From positions 66,290 to 130,289 of the forward strand of contig JACPLW010000002.1 of assembly GCA_016186325.1 (NCBI GenBank): a stretch of DNA of 64,000 nt, written 5' to 3'. Numbering within the stretch: the first letter of the stretch is position 1; the number at the start of each line of letters is the position of its first letter. Position numbers and translations under genes: made by a program. Positions 1-10,630 of the stretch are shown here, piece by piece. The notes under the pieces were generated by a model, which was not told the DNA's origin, did not search any database, and saw nothing but the letters and a program-made list of their open reading frames with translations. This DNA is from Parcubacteria group bacterium. Lineage in GTDB: Bacteria; Patescibacteriota; Minisyncoccia; UBA10092.

Positions 1-13
1 ATCAAGCACAACG

Positions 14-748
14 ATGGTATTTTTTGAGAATATCAATAAAGCCGCTAAAAACGTAGAAAAATCACTGATGCCGAATAACATACCGTCCCAAAACAACGCA
101 ACTATAACTTCGGACGGAATTATCCTTTCGCTCACAAAGGAACAATTTGATTTTCTATACCCCGATTATTTTATTGCCGACTTAATTGATGCCCAAAATT
201 CCTTTGTTAAAGAGCAGGACTCCAGTTACGAACCCATACTAAAAATTGAAACTGATTCCCAAGTTAGATTTATTGAAGAGAAAATCGTGGCCACTTTACT
301 TATAGCCGACATGATAACCAGAGAAAGAGCGGAGCAATTGGTAACTACTATCCGCTTCACTCTCCCCCGGCTTCAAATTACAGGTTTACAAAATCAATAC
401 TCTTATGAATCAATGCCATTTTCAAAATTTTTTGAAACTGCTTTAGAGAGAAAAACGGAACTTCCGGAGACAGCGCCAAAGAGACAACTTTGGACCGGTT
501 TTATAGGGCAAATGGCAAATTCGTTTACTAACAAAGCCCAAGCCGCTTGCGGCGAGTGTGAATCTCGACCGGAATGCTACCAAGATTATCCTGATACTCC
601 GGGAAAAGAAGGATCCTCACTGATTTATCCTTCTTGTTACTGCACCGGCTGTCTTACTTCACTTGGATGCCTTTCCGCAAATGAAGGAGATGCGGCGATT
701 TATGACCAACAAACCGGAATTTGCGGCATCGGTCAGGGACAGCAGTGA
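14..748 (+). CDS. Hypothetical protein with Cys-rich C-terminal domain; may be 5'-truncated by the window edge
   Basis: ORF track; C-terminus CGECESRPEC...SCYCTGCLTSLGC...GICG; first gene of a co-directional secreted/membrane cluster. Confidence 0.7.
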   Translation: MVFFENINKAAKNVEKSLMPNNIPSQNNATITSDGIILSLTKEQFDFLYPDYFIADLIDAQNSFVKEQDSSYEPILKIETDSQVRFIEEKIVATLLIADMITRERAEQLVTTIRFTLPRLQITGLQNQYSYESMPFSKFFETALERKTELPETAPKRQLWTGFIGQMANSFTNKAQAACGECESRPECYQDYPDTPGKEGSSLIYPSCYCTGCLTSLGCLSANEGDAAIYDQQTGICGIGQGQQ

Positions 749-790
749 AGACGGGTTTAAAAACATTTACACACTACCTTTAAACAAACA

Positions 791-1597
791 ATGATTAAAA
801 AACATTTTATAACTATATTTATAGTATCGGCTGGAATTATTTTCGGAGCACTTTTATTTGTTCCGGCTTCAAAAACTTTTTACGTAAAAAACAGCGCACC
901 GCGCCTTCAGGTAGCCAGTATCCATCAAAAGCTGTATCAAGCCGAAGATAGGGTCGGCGATATTTCCAACAATATTATTCCGGAAATAAAAATCCCGGAG
1001 AATTTAACCGAAAATTTCGCCGGGCTTTTAGCCAAATCAATTATTGATAAAAATAATAAGCCGAAAGATGCCAATTCGCCGGCCGAGCCGGGGCTTGATG
1101 TGCCGGACCCGAGTAAAATTGCCGAGGAATTTATAAAAAACGGTTTGGCGAAAGCTAATGAAAATATTTTGAACATTAAACCGCCGGAAATTAAAACATC
1201 GCCGGTAAACAGCAAAGAAGCAATTGAAATTTACCTAGCAGAGACCCAAAAAATATTAAAAGACGCCTTAAAAGGCGAACCGCTTTTATCAATTTTAGAA
1301 GAAATAAACAAAAACAATGGCCAAGGCCTTGAAAAACTTTTGCCCGTAATAAGCGCCCATGAAGCGGCGGCTAATCAAATTGAAGAAAATCCGGCGCCGA
1401 GCAATATAAAAGATTTAATTACGGAGGAAGTTCGCATGTTAAGAATTACGGCCAACATTTTAAGAGCGCTTACCAATGTTGAAACCGACCCCATAGCGAC
1501 TATTGTTGCCGCAAAACAGTTTGGCGCGGTAATTGACAGTTGGGAAGAGCTTCAGAAAAAATTCAATGTTTTTGTTGATAAACTAAATAAAACCTAA
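791..1597 (+). CDS. Hypothetical membrane-anchored helical protein
   Basis: N-terminal hydrophobic segment; tight operon spacing. Confidence 0.75.
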   Translation: MIKKHFITIFIVSAGIIFGALLFVPASKTFYVKNSAPRLQVASIHQKLYQAEDRVGDISNNIIPEIKIPENLTENFAGLLAKSIIDKNNKPKDANSPAEPGLDVPDPSKIAEEFIKNGLAKANENILNIKPPEIKTSPVNSKEAIEIYLAETQKILKDALKGEPLLSILEEINKNNGQGLEKLLPVISAHEAAANQIEENPAPSNIKDLITEEVRMLRITANILRALTNVETDPIATIVAAKQFGAVIDSWEELQKKFNVFVDKLNKT

Positions 1598-1605
1598 TCC
1601 CCATA

Positions 1606-3072
1606 ATGAAATTTTTTAATAAAAAAATAGTCGTTTCAGTTTTTTTGTTTTTAATCGTGTTTTCAACCGCGCCAAACGCTGCTTTTGCCGCCGTGCCGAC
1701 TTTTGAAACAAATCCGAAGTTGCTATCCGATGAGTCAATTACGTCTATATTCCAAACAGCCACAAACCTTGAACAGATTTTCGAATGGGCGTTTAAAATA
1801 GCGGCCGAGGCCTTAAAGCGACAACTGCTTAATATGATTGTTGACCAGATAGTCACTTGGATCCAAGGGGGAGGAGAACCAAAATTTATCACCGATTGGC
1901 CGGGGTTCTTTCGGGACGCCGTTGACCAGGCGGGTGGAAGATTCTTACAGCAATTGGGGCTTGGATTGTTTTGTTCGCCATTCAACCTGACATTACGCGC
2001 TGCATTTATACCAATACCGCAATTTTCCGACCGCAGCGCCTGCACCTTAAGCCAGGTAGGAGTTAATCTTGATAACTTTTTAAAAGATTTCAGCAAAGGC
2101 GGCTGGGTGGCTTGGAACGAAATGGTGTTAAAACCCCAAAATAACATCTATGGAGCCTATCTCATGGCTTGGGATCAATATACCGTAGAAAGATCGGCGG
2201 CCCAAAAAGCGGCAGAATCGGAAGCCCAGGCCGGCCAGGGTTTTCTTAGCGTAAAAAAATGCATAAGACAGCACGAAGAAATAATAGGAGAAGAAAATGG
2301 ACAACCGATTACTACCACTGTTTGTGACCAGTATCAGGTGATTACTCCGGGAGCGGTTGTTGGCGACATTGCCGCAAAAGCCGTTGGTTCAGACATTGAC
2401 TATATAGTAAACGCTCAAGATTTTGCCGCTTATGTTTCGGCCATCACTAATGCGATATTAAATAGAATGTTTGCTGAAGGAGTGGGCCTTTTGCATGCCA
2501 GCTTATCCGGAAGAAGCGGTACCACTGGCGGCACTGCCCAACAACAGTGCGCTTCATTTCTTGGCACGCCGGCCTACGCCGAATGTCTAAGCGCGGTTCA
2601 AGCCGGAATAAATGTACGGGAATTTCAGAAAAATTATCTTATAAGATACATTGACCTTGACCTCGTATACCAAAATCAGCTTTTGGGCGCCAAACAGGCG
2701 ACACTGACAATTTTAAACCAATCGCTCAGCATTTTGCGCCAGCTTGAAACCTGCCAAGGATTTCCCAGCCCCGACACAGCCAGAGTTCAGAGCGACATTA
2801 GCACTGTCACCGGCCAAATAGCGGATATTCAATCCGACATTATCGCTCTTCAACTTTTGCAGCAACAGATTAGAAATCTTACCGATTTAAGCAGAATTGC
2901 TTCAATCTACGCCGAAGTGGTTGGAATGTTTAGTCCTGGAGTTACCCAGAGTTTAGCTTTAGCGGCTCAACAGGAAACCAATCAGAAACAGATAATTTTA
3001 AGGAATTATCAGAATCTATTGAATGCCTGCTTGGAGTCAAGAATAATACCGCCGCCGCCACCCGGCGAGTAA
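1606..3072 (+). CDS. Secreted/membrane protein of the T4SS-like cluster (Cys pairs, coiled-coil C-terminus)
   Basis: Signal peptide ending AFAA; 488-aa ORF directly upstream of the VirB6-like gene. Confidence 0.75.
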   Translation: MKFFNKKIVVSVFLFLIVFSTAPNAAFAAVPTFETNPKLLSDESITSIFQTATNLEQIFEWAFKIAAEALKRQLLNMIVDQIVTWIQGGGEPKFITDWPGFFRDAVDQAGGRFLQQLGLGLFCSPFNLTLRAAFIPIPQFSDRSACTLSQVGVNLDNFLKDFSKGGWVAWNEMVLKPQNNIYGAYLMAWDQYTVERSAAQKAAESEAQAGQGFLSVKKCIRQHEEIIGEENGQPITTTVCDQYQVITPGAVVGDIAAKAVGSDIDYIVNAQDFAAYVSAITNAILNRMFAEGVGLLHASLSGRSGTTGGTAQQQCASFLGTPAYAECLSAVQAGINVREFQKNYLIRYIDLDLVYQNQLLGAKQATLTILNQSLSILRQLETCQGFPSPDTARVQSDISTVTGQIADIQSDIIALQLLQQQIRNLTDLSRIASIYAEVVGMFSPGVTQSLALAAQQETNQKQIILRNYQNLLNACLESRIIPPPPPGE

Positions 3073-3082
3073 TTCGTAGTTT

Positions 3083-5065
3083 ATGAAAAAATTTCTAACA
3101 AAAAACAAAAAAATTGTCTGTTTGATGATTGCCAGCATTGTTATCTTTTCTTTACCATTTCCCGCCTCGGCCGTTTGGTACAATCCGACCTCTTGGTTAG
3201 GCAGCCTTGTCACTCTTAGCGCGGATGCTTTACTTTTTGTTTCAAGCGTTATCAGCGCCATGATAGGAATAGTTTTTGGCGTCATAATTTATCTCGAAGC
3301 CCAAATAATAGATTATCTGCTTAATCCAACAAATTTTCCCATGACTAACGCGCCAATTGTGACTCTCGGGTGGGGTATTACTCGCGACTTGGCCAACATG
3401 TTTTTCATTCTCATTCTCCTTATTATCGCGTTCGCGACGGTTTTAAGAATCCAATCCTACGCTTTAAAACAACTTTTGTGGAAAGTGGTCGTGGCCGCGC
3501 TCCTCATTAACTTCAGCTTGGTCATCGCCGGTTTTGTCATTGATTTTACTAATGTTATCACTACATTTTTCTTACGCCAAATTATAGGCAATAACGGAGT
3601 ATTTACATTTACCGGCAAATTAATGTCTGCAATGCAAATTCTTAATTTTTACAACCCCTCTCCACCAGAAGGAATAATTAGCGGAGCGACTCAATTCGGT
3701 GCTGCCGCTATAGCCGCTTTCGCGGGCATTGTTTTAACTTTAATCGCACTCATTGTAACTACATTTGTTTTCGGCGCGGCAATGATATTTTTAATAGTTA
3801 GAATCATTAACATTTGGATTTTATTGATTTTCGCGCCCATTGTCTGGACGCTTTGGATTCTGCCGGCTACAAGCGGCCAATTTTCAAAATGGTGGCATTC
3901 TTTTTTGCAGTGGGCTTTTTTCGCGCCGATTTTCGTTTTTATGATGTATCTTTCACTTTCCATTTTTGACGCCACTGGCAAATTAAAAGAGCATATCGGC
4001 CCGGTAGCGCTCCCGGCTAACTGGAATAAAGCGGAGGCCGGTCTTACAACAGCCGCGATGCCAGCGGCAATTTTCCAGTTTGCCTTAGCAATTGGTTTAA
4101 TGTTCGGTTCTTTAATCGTAGCCCAAAAATTCGGCACTTACGGCGCCGCCGCCAGCCAGAAGATGCTTGAAGGGTGGGGTAATAGCGCTAAAGGATTAGC
4201 CGCAAGGGAACTTAGAAAGAGAGGGGCGGGCTGGACCCAGCCGCTACCCGAAGGCGCTCCACCACCAACTGGTGTAAGAGGCATCATAAGAAGAGCTGGC
4301 GCAGGACTAGGCAGAGCCGCGGTGGCTGTGCCCGGTGCTAGAGGAGCATACTTGAATTTGCAGGCAAAAAATAAAAAAGATTATGAAGACGCACAAAATA
4401 AATACAAAGACGTTGATCCGGCAGTATTACAACAAATGTCGCAATCAACATTAATAGATTCAAGGGGAAAACTTGCGATTAAGCATTTACTTATGAGCAA
4501 AGGAAAGTTAAAACCGCAAGCGCCGGAACTTATGAAAATGCTTGACCAATCAAGACAATACGGCAAAGAAGGAGAAATGTTAAAATTGGTTTCTGAAAAA
4601 ATGAATAAAGATTTAACCGCCGCTAATGGCTATGGTAATGCTGAAAGAACAGAACTGCTGCAAAGAGCAAAAAAGTATGGTAATGAAAAAGATTATCTTA
4701 AATTCTTCCCGAACCTTGCTCCAGCAATAGGTAAGACAATTCAAGAAGCCGTTAAGGGAATAGAAAAAGCATCAGATATCTACGTTGATCAGATGACCGC
4801 CGATGTTGTAAGAGAATTAAGCATGCCTCAGCTCAAAGATATAGGCAAGAGCGGTTCCGATGCACAGAGAAGAGCTACAAAAATAGCCGTCATTCAAGAT
4901 TACAGAGGCCTTAGTCTAAGCGATAGGCAAAGCATCAGAATCGTATCTTTTGAAAAGAATCTTCAAAAACGAGAAGAGCTTAGAAAAACCTTACCGGAAA
5001 ACTTAAGAAAAATGTCCTACCAGCGAGAAATTACTACAACGCCCGCATGGGAACAAAACATTTAA
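3083..5065 (+). CDS. VirB6/TrbL-like polytopic membrane protein
   Basis: Multiple TM helices; GWGITRDLANMFFI, LLINFSLVIAGFVID and 'RIINIWILLIFAPI...KWW' pattern typical of CPR VirB6-like proteins. Confidence 0.7.
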   Translation: MKKFLTKNKKIVCLMIASIVIFSLPFPASAVWYNPTSWLGSLVTLSADALLFVSSVISAMIGIVFGVIIYLEAQIIDYLLNPTNFPMTNAPIVTLGWGITRDLANMFFILILLIIAFATVLRIQSYALKQLLWKVVVAALLINFSLVIAGFVIDFTNVITTFFLRQIIGNNGVFTFTGKLMSAMQILNFYNPSPPEGIISGATQFGAAAIAAFAGIVLTLIALIVTTFVFGAAMIFLIVRIINIWILLIFAPIVWTLWILPATSGQFSKWWHSFLQWAFFAPIFVFMMYLSLSIFDATGKLKEHIGPVALPANWNKAEAGLTTAAMPAAIFQFALAIGLMFGSLIVAQKFGTYGAAASQKMLEGWGNSAKGLAARELRKRGAGWTQPLPEGAPPPTGVRGIIRRAGAGLGRAAVAVPGARGAYLNLQAKNKKDYEDAQNKYKDVDPAVLQQMSQSTLIDSRGKLAIKHLLMSKGKLKPQAPELMKMLDQSRQYGKEGEMLKLVSEKMNKDLTAANGYGNAERTELLQRAKKYGNEKDYLKFFPNLAPAIGKTIQEAVKGIEKASDIYVDQMTADVVRELSMPQLKDIGKSGSDAQRRATKIAVIQDYRGLSLSDRQSIRIVSFEKNLQKREELRKTLPENLRKMSYQREITTTPAWEQNI

Positions 5066-5074
5066 TTTCAATAT

Positions 5075-6031
5075 ATGCCAGAATTAACTCGAGAAGAAAA
5101 AATAAAATTATTTGAAAAGTTGCCGAAAGAACTTCAGGATTTGATGGAATCCGAAAATACCGGCGCGTTTTTATTGTATTTGGGAGAAAAATATAATTTA
5201 GATGAAGATAAAATTTCTTTACTTTCTAAAATCGTTGGCAACGTTATTTTAAAAATTACGCCGATAACAAGTTTAGCCCAAGAAATTGTAAATAAAGTAA
5301 TTCCCGACTCTCAAATAGCAATGGCGATTTCCCAAGAATTAAACAGCGGGCTTCTAACGCCTGTCTTAATGCAAGCCCCAACAGCGCCGCCAGCTATAAC
5401 GGCAACACCAAGACCTGTTTTACCAACTGCCCCCGCACTCCAACCCATTCCATCTCCTGCTGTCCCTTCAGCAAAAATTGTTTCGCCCGCCGTGCCGAAA
5501 ATTGACCAATATCGCGAACCAACAACAGCGGGGCCGGAAATTATTGACTTGAGAAAAGCCCCGCCATCGCCACTCCACAGCTTTCCTCGACCTTCCGAAG
5601 CCTTGCGCGAAGGAGGTAGCGAAGGAGAGCTACCGCCCGGGTTGCCTGTAGCCGCCGCGCCAATTCTACTTGAAGCAGATCCTCATTTACCCGAAAAAAT
5701 TTCACCTGCGCCGCCTGTCCAAATACCAAGTACCAAATACCAAATACCGTTAACCGACACTTACCGTGAATCCATTCCACCGGCAACCGCGCCTGCCGCT
5801 CCGTTGATGCCGGCAACAAATGCAGAGCCCAAAGAACCGCCTGTGGCAGGTAAAGTCGAACCACCTGTGGTGAGTAAAGTCGAACCACCACCTCAATATA
5901 TCATTAGGCCGCCCGGCTTACCGCCAATCCCGACGCCTCAGGTCGGGACTCCGACTTCGCCACAGGCGAACGTCGGAGCCGATAGTTATCGTGATGTTTT
6001 AGATTTAAGAAAAGACAAGGGAGAATTTTAA
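5075..6031 (+). CDS. Proline-rich hypothetical protein with several embedded repeat elements
   Basis: Helical N-terminus, low-complexity Pro-rich tail with D-x-YRE repeats. Confidence 0.75.
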   Translation: MPELTREEKIKLFEKLPKELQDLMESENTGAFLLYLGEKYNLDEDKISLLSKIVGNVILKITPITSLAQEIVNKVIPDSQIAMAISQELNSGLLTPVLMQAPTAPPAITATPRPVLPTAPALQPIPSPAVPSAKIVSPAVPKIDQYREPTTAGPEIIDLRKAPPSPLHSFPRPSEALREGGSEGELPPGLPVAAAPILLEADPHLPEKISPAPPVQIPSTKYQIPLTDTYRESIPPATAPAAPLMPATNAEPKEPPVAGKVEPPVVSKVEPPPQYIIRPPGLPPIPTPQVGTPTSPQANVGADSYRDVLDLRKDKGEF

Positions 6032-6044
6032 ATCTTAGAAATTT

Positions 6045-6473
6045 ATGACTCAATACCAGGTCCCACAATTTGTAGATATAGAAGACAGGATCATCGGGCC
6101 GCTTACGCTTAAGCAATTTTTATATCTTGCTTTTGGCGGCGCCATTCTTTTTGTTACTTGGTTTATTTTCAAATTTTTCATCTGGATAATCATTGCCATT
6201 CCCGTGATCGCTGCCGCTTTGGCTTTTGCTTTTATAAAAATAAACGACCGGCCGTTTGTTTATTTTGCAATCGCCGCAGTATCGTATTTTATGAAACCAA
6301 GACTATATATTTTCAAGACTGCATCAAAAAAACCGGAACCTGTAATTTTGCCCGAAAAAACACCGGAATCCTCCTCCGCCCCGCAAAGCGGGGCTTCGGC
6401 GGACGAGAAAGTAACCAGATCAAAATTAAAAGAACTGGCGCTTAGTTTGGATACGGGCGCGCAGCGCCTTTAA
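6045..6473 (+). CDS. PrgI family protein (VirB3-like)
   Basis: QYQVPQFVDIEDRIIGPLTLKQF motif plus two TM helices. Confidence 0.85.
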   Translation: MTQYQVPQFVDIEDRIIGPLTLKQFLYLAFGGAILFVTWFIFKFFIWIIIAIPVIAAALAFAFIKINDRPFVYFAIAAVSYFMKPRLYIFKTASKKPEPVILPEKTPESSSAPQSGASADEKVTRSKLKELALSLDTGAQRL

Positions 6474-6478
6474 CAATC

Positions 6479-7144
6479 ATGCCGGAAACGCAAAAAACAA
6501 TTAAAGGGCCCGCAACACAGGAGTTTTTAGCCGTGGATGAAATCCGAGAAGATGTCGTTATTTTAAAAAACGGCGGGCTTCGGGCGGTTTTGATGACCGG
6601 TTCAAGAAACCTGGAGCTTGAATCAATCGATACTCAAAATGCCATCATCAAAAACTACGCCGATTTTCTAAATTCTTTTGACTGGCCGATTCAAATAATA
6701 ATCCATTCAAGAAAACTGGATATTAATCCCTATTTAAAATTACTTGAAGAAAAGTTAAAAACTCAAGAAAACGAGCTTCTAAAAATTCAGACAGCCGAAT
6801 ACATCGATTTTATAAGAAGTTTTGTTTCTCTTTCCGATGTGATGATTAAGAGGTTTTACATTTCCGTGGCCTTTGACCCAATTGAGTCAAAAACTGAAGG
6901 ACCGCTTGAAAAACTTGCCTCCATGATCGGCAAAGCGTCAAAAAAAGCCGCGCTTTCAGAAGAGATGTTCAAAGAATACAGAAGTCAAATGCTTCAACGG
7001 GTTGAACACACGGTCTTGACATTAGCCCACATCGGCATTAAGGCATCGCAGTTAAAGACAGACGAACTCATTGAACTGTTTTACAATCTTTATAATCCGG
7101 AAGATTTAGAGAAGAAAGACATTCAACTAACCGACAACTTGTAA
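6479..7144 (+). CDS. TraC/VirB4 N-terminal-like conjugation-associated protein
   Basis: ATQEFL..DEIREDVVILKNGGLRAVL...FLNSFDWPIQI; lies between prgI and virB4. Confidence 0.75.
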   Translation: MPETQKTIKGPATQEFLAVDEIREDVVILKNGGLRAVLMTGSRNLELESIDTQNAIIKNYADFLNSFDWPIQIIIHSRKLDINPYLKLLEEKLKTQENELLKIQTAEYIDFIRSFVSLSDVMIKRFYISVAFDPIESKTEGPLEKLASMIGKASKKAALSEEMFKEYRSQMLQRVEHTVLTLAHIGIKASQLKTDELIELFYNLYNPEDLEKKDIQLTDNL

Positions 7145-7161
7145 CAAAATAAGCAACCAAA

Positions 7162-9015
7162 ATGGCATTGTCTTTTTTCGGAAAAAAATCCGCCCAAAAC
7201 GAGACCTCGCCCCTTCGGGGCGGGGAAGGAATTCAGGGCGTTGTTACGCCGGAACAGGCCTATCAAAAAGGGCTGGCGTCTTTGCACGATATCTTGGCAC
7301 CATCGGCTCTAGAGGTTAATACTAATTACTTGCGCCTTGGTAAAAAGTTCGTTCAGAACTTTTTCATATTCAACTACCCTCGTTTTCTCAACACTAATTG
7401 GTTTGCTTCGGTTATTAACTTGGACAAAACAATGGACATAAGTTTTTTTATACATCCGGTTGATACGGGAATTGCCCTAAAAAATCTAAGAAAAAAAGTG
7501 GCGCAAGTTGAATCGGAACTTTCAATACGCGATGATAAAGGGCTGGTACGCGACCCAATGCTTGAAACTGCTTACAACGATCTTGAAGATTTGAGAGATA
7601 AACTTCAGCAATCAAGAGAAAAACTTTTCAAGTTCGGGCTTTACATAACCGCTTATGCCGATTCGCTTGAAGAAATGGAAAAAGTTGAAAACGCGATTCG
7701 CTCAATTTTAGACGCCAAACTGGTTTACAGTAAGCCGGCTATTTATCAACAGCTTAAAGGCTTTAACTCCACCCTGCCTCTTTCAAATGATGAACTCCAA
7801 ATAAATACAACCATGAACTCGGGGTCGATATCCGCGACCTTTCCTTTTGTTTCTTCGGATTTAACTTCTGACAACGGCATACTTTACGGCCTAAACCGCC
7901 ACAATAATTCGCTTATTCTTTTCGACAGATTTTCCTTGGAAAACGCCAATACCGTTGTTTTCGGCAAATCGGGCGGCGGAAAATCTTATGCTTCAAAATT
8001 GGAAATTCTAAGGTCTTTAATGCTTGGAGCAGACATTATTGTTTTTGATCCCGAAAGTGAATACCAGTTTCTCGCGGAAACTATCGGCGGCGCTTTTTTT
8101 AAAATTTCATTAACTTCTCAAAATCATTTAAATCCTTTTGACCTGCCAAAACCGCAAGAAGGTGAAAATCCGGCGGACATTTTAAGATCAAACATTATTA
8201 ATCTTGTCGGCCTTATAAGAATAATGCTGGGCGGCTTGAGCCCCGAAGAAGACGCCATAATCGATTCTGCTATAACCCAGACTTATGCCAGCCGCGACAT
8301 CACTCCCGCAACCACAGACTTTTCAAAAAATATCATGCCCACAATGACAGACCTTAAAACGATTTTGGACAGCATGACCGGCGCCGAATCACTTTCAAGA
8401 CGGCTGGAAAAATACGTTACCGGTTCTTACGCCGGCTTTATTAACAACCCGAGCAACATTGAAATAAAAAGTAAATTTGTGGTTTTCAGCATCCGCGACA
8501 TGGAAGAAGAACTGCGGCCGATAGCAATGTATATGATGCTTCACTTTATCTGGAATATTGTCCGCTCGGAACTTAAGAAGAGAATCCTTATGGTTGACGA
8601 GGCTTGGTGGCTTTTAAAATCAGAGGACGGCGCTTCTTTTATGTTTGGAATTGCCAAGCGCGCCAGAAAATACTTTTTGGGAGTGACCACCATTACCCAG
8701 GACGTATCCGATTTCTTAAGCAGTTCTTATGGAAAACCAATTTTAACCAATTCTTCTTTGCAGTTTCTTTTTAAGCAGTCGCCGGCAAACATTGACGTTC
8801 TCCAAAAAACTTTTAACTTGACCGATGAGGAAAAATTCTTATTGCTTGAGTCGGAGGTCGGCGAGGGCCTGTTTTTTGCCGGATCAAAACACGTGGCCAT
8901 TAAAGTAATCGCTTCCTATACCGAAGACCAGATTATCACTTCCGACCCGGCTCAGCTCCTGCAAATAGAGGCCGCAAAAAAAGAATTGGAGCGTGCCGAA
9001 ACAATAACACCGTAA
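7162..9015 (+). CDS. virB4: VirB4/TraC-like type IV secretion ATPase
   Basis: Walker A GKSGGGKS, Walker B ILMVDEAW, ARKY...ITQ motif. Confidence 0.9.
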   Translation: MALSFFGKKSAQNETSPLRGGEGIQGVVTPEQAYQKGLASLHDILAPSALEVNTNYLRLGKKFVQNFFIFNYPRFLNTNWFASVINLDKTMDISFFIHPVDTGIALKNLRKKVAQVESELSIRDDKGLVRDPMLETAYNDLEDLRDKLQQSREKLFKFGLYITAYADSLEEMEKVENAIRSILDAKLVYSKPAIYQQLKGFNSTLPLSNDELQINTTMNSGSISATFPFVSSDLTSDNGILYGLNRHNNSLILFDRFSLENANTVVFGKSGGGKSYASKLEILRSLMLGADIIVFDPESEYQFLAETIGGAFFKISLTSQNHLNPFDLPKPQEGENPADILRSNIINLVGLIRIMLGGLSPEEDAIIDSAITQTYASRDITPATTDFSKNIMPTMTDLKTILDSMTGAESLSRRLEKYVTGSYAGFINNPSNIEIKSKFVVFSIRDMEEELRPIAMYMMLHFIWNIVRSELKKRILMVDEAWWLLKSEDGASFMFGIAKRARKYFLGVTTITQDVSDFLSSSYGKPILTNSSLQFLFKQSPANIDVLQKTFNLTDEEKFLLLESEVGEGLFFAGSKHVAIKVIASYTEDQIITSDPAQLLQIEAAKKELERAETITP

Positions 9016-9059
9016 ATTAGAGATTAGATATTAGGATTTAGAAATTATATAATGTATAT

Positions 9060-9521
9060 ATGGCACTAGCGGAAAAATTAGAAAAAAGAGAAGCTTCTTT
9101 AAAAGAAAAACTAACCAAAAAATCCCAGGAAGCCGAAAGAAGCAAAACAGTGAAAATTGATTCAATGGAATGGCTCATATTATTTATGGGCGCCGGCTAC
9201 ATTGATCTGCTTTTTGTAATTTTAACCGTTATAGGATTAATACCAGTAGTGGGACAGGTTATTTATGCCATTGCAGATCCGGCCATGAACATTATCGCTA
9301 CGGGCATATTTTGGTTTTACTTGCAGTATAAAGGACTCGGAGGTTATTGGTGGCTGGCCTTTGGAGGCGGCGTGGCGAATCTGATCCCTGTCGTTAATTG
9401 GATTGGCTGGATAATGGCGGTTTTAATTCTTTACTTCTTAATCAAGGCGGAAAAAATTCCTTTGGCCGGTGAAGCGATTGAAAAAGCCGCCAAAGCAGCG
9501 TCAAAAGTTCCGATTAAATAA
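9060..9521 (+). CDS. Hypothetical membrane protein
   Basis: 3-4 TM helices with two LIPVV motifs. Confidence 0.75.
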   Translation: MALAEKLEKREASLKEKLTKKSQEAERSKTVKIDSMEWLILFMGAGYIDLLFVILTVIGLIPVVGQVIYAIADPAMNIIATGIFWFYLQYKGLGGYWWLAFGGGVANLIPVVNWIGWIMAVLILYFLIKAEKIPLAGEAIEKAAKAASKVPIK

Positions 9522-9524
9522 ATA

Positions 9525-10598
9525 ATGAAACACGCAACAAACAACATGCAACATAAAACATATAATTTAAAGCAATCGATTATGGCCGTATTTTTATTGT
9601 TTGTTTCATGTTTCATGTTTCGTGTTTCATGGGCATCGGCGCAATTTGAATTGCCAACAATAGGAAGCATTAAACCGGCTATTTCCTTGAGCTCCGACCC
9701 GTTAACACCTCTGCCTAATTCAACAATTACCATCGCCGCAAACCTTTCGGGAGTAACCGGCAGCGGAAGTTCAAACTACACATGGTTTTTAAATGGCGTG
9801 AGGCAAACCGAGCATTCCGGATTAAATAAGAGCAAATTTACTTTCAAAGCTAGCGCCATCGGCATTGTCTATAGAATAAATGTCAATGTTACAATGCCAG
9901 GCGGCGGAGTTCTTTCAGATGCTGCGGTTTTTACCGTCAGCGACGTTGACCTAAGCTGGAATGCATCCAGCGAAGCGCCGGCCGGCTATCGCGGTAAGAC
10001 TCTTCCAACCAAAAAGTCGGCAGTTTTGATATCGGCCCTGCCAACCATATACCAACCGGGAACGAAAGCCTTGATAAGTTCCGGCGGTTTAGTCTTTAAC
10101 TGGTTTATAAATGGTAAACTCCAAGCCGACAAGTCGGGAATCGGGCGATCTGACCTAAATTTTTATGTTGGCAGTTTCTCCGGAGGCAGCGAAGAAATCC
10201 GCTTAGAAGTAAAAACGGGAGATAGCACCGTTTCTCTAAACAAATTCGTTACCGTCCCAATAATGCGGCCTCAAACTTTTATATATGTTGCCGATAATAA
10301 AACGTCCTTGCCTTACGGCAAAGCGTTGAGAGATTTTTTTATAGAGTCAGCCACAGTTAAAGCAATCGACTTCGTGGCAGAAAATTATTTTTTCAACTTT
10401 CCTAAAAACCGGTTAAAATGGAGTTGGCTGGTTGACAGTAGAGAAATAATGGGAGGAGGGGATAAGCCGTGGTCTGCTGTTTTAAATGTTCCGGAGAACA
10501 TCGCCCGACCATTTTCTTTTCAAGTCAGGGCAGTTGCCCAAAATCCGCAGGAAGACTTGGAAATAGCCGAATCAACGGCAAACTTGAAAGTAAGATAG
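9525..10598 (+). CDS. Secreted beta-rich (Ig/PKD-like repeat) protein; start codon uncertain
   Basis: Signal peptide ending ASA-Q; repeated 'YTWFLNG / FNWFING / WSWLVD' motifs. Confidence 0.75.
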   Translation: MKHATNNMQHKTYNLKQSIMAVFLLFVSCFMFRVSWASAQFELPTIGSIKPAISLSSDPLTPLPNSTITIAANLSGVTGSGSSNYTWFLNGVRQTEHSGLNKSKFTFKASAIGIVYRINVNVTMPGGGVLSDAAVFTVSDVDLSWNASSEAPAGYRGKTLPTKKSAVLISALPTIYQPGTKALISSGGLVFNWFINGKLQADKSGIGRSDLNFYVGSFSGGSEEIRLEVKTGDSTVSLNKFVTVPIMRPQTFIYVADNKTSLPYGKALRDFFIESATVKAIDFVAENYFFNFPKNRLKWSWLVDSREIMGGGDKPWSAVLNVPENIARPFSFQVRAVAQNPQEDLEIAESTANLKVR

Positions 10599-10630
10599 GA
10601 TGACGAATCATAAAACGCATAACCTGAAAC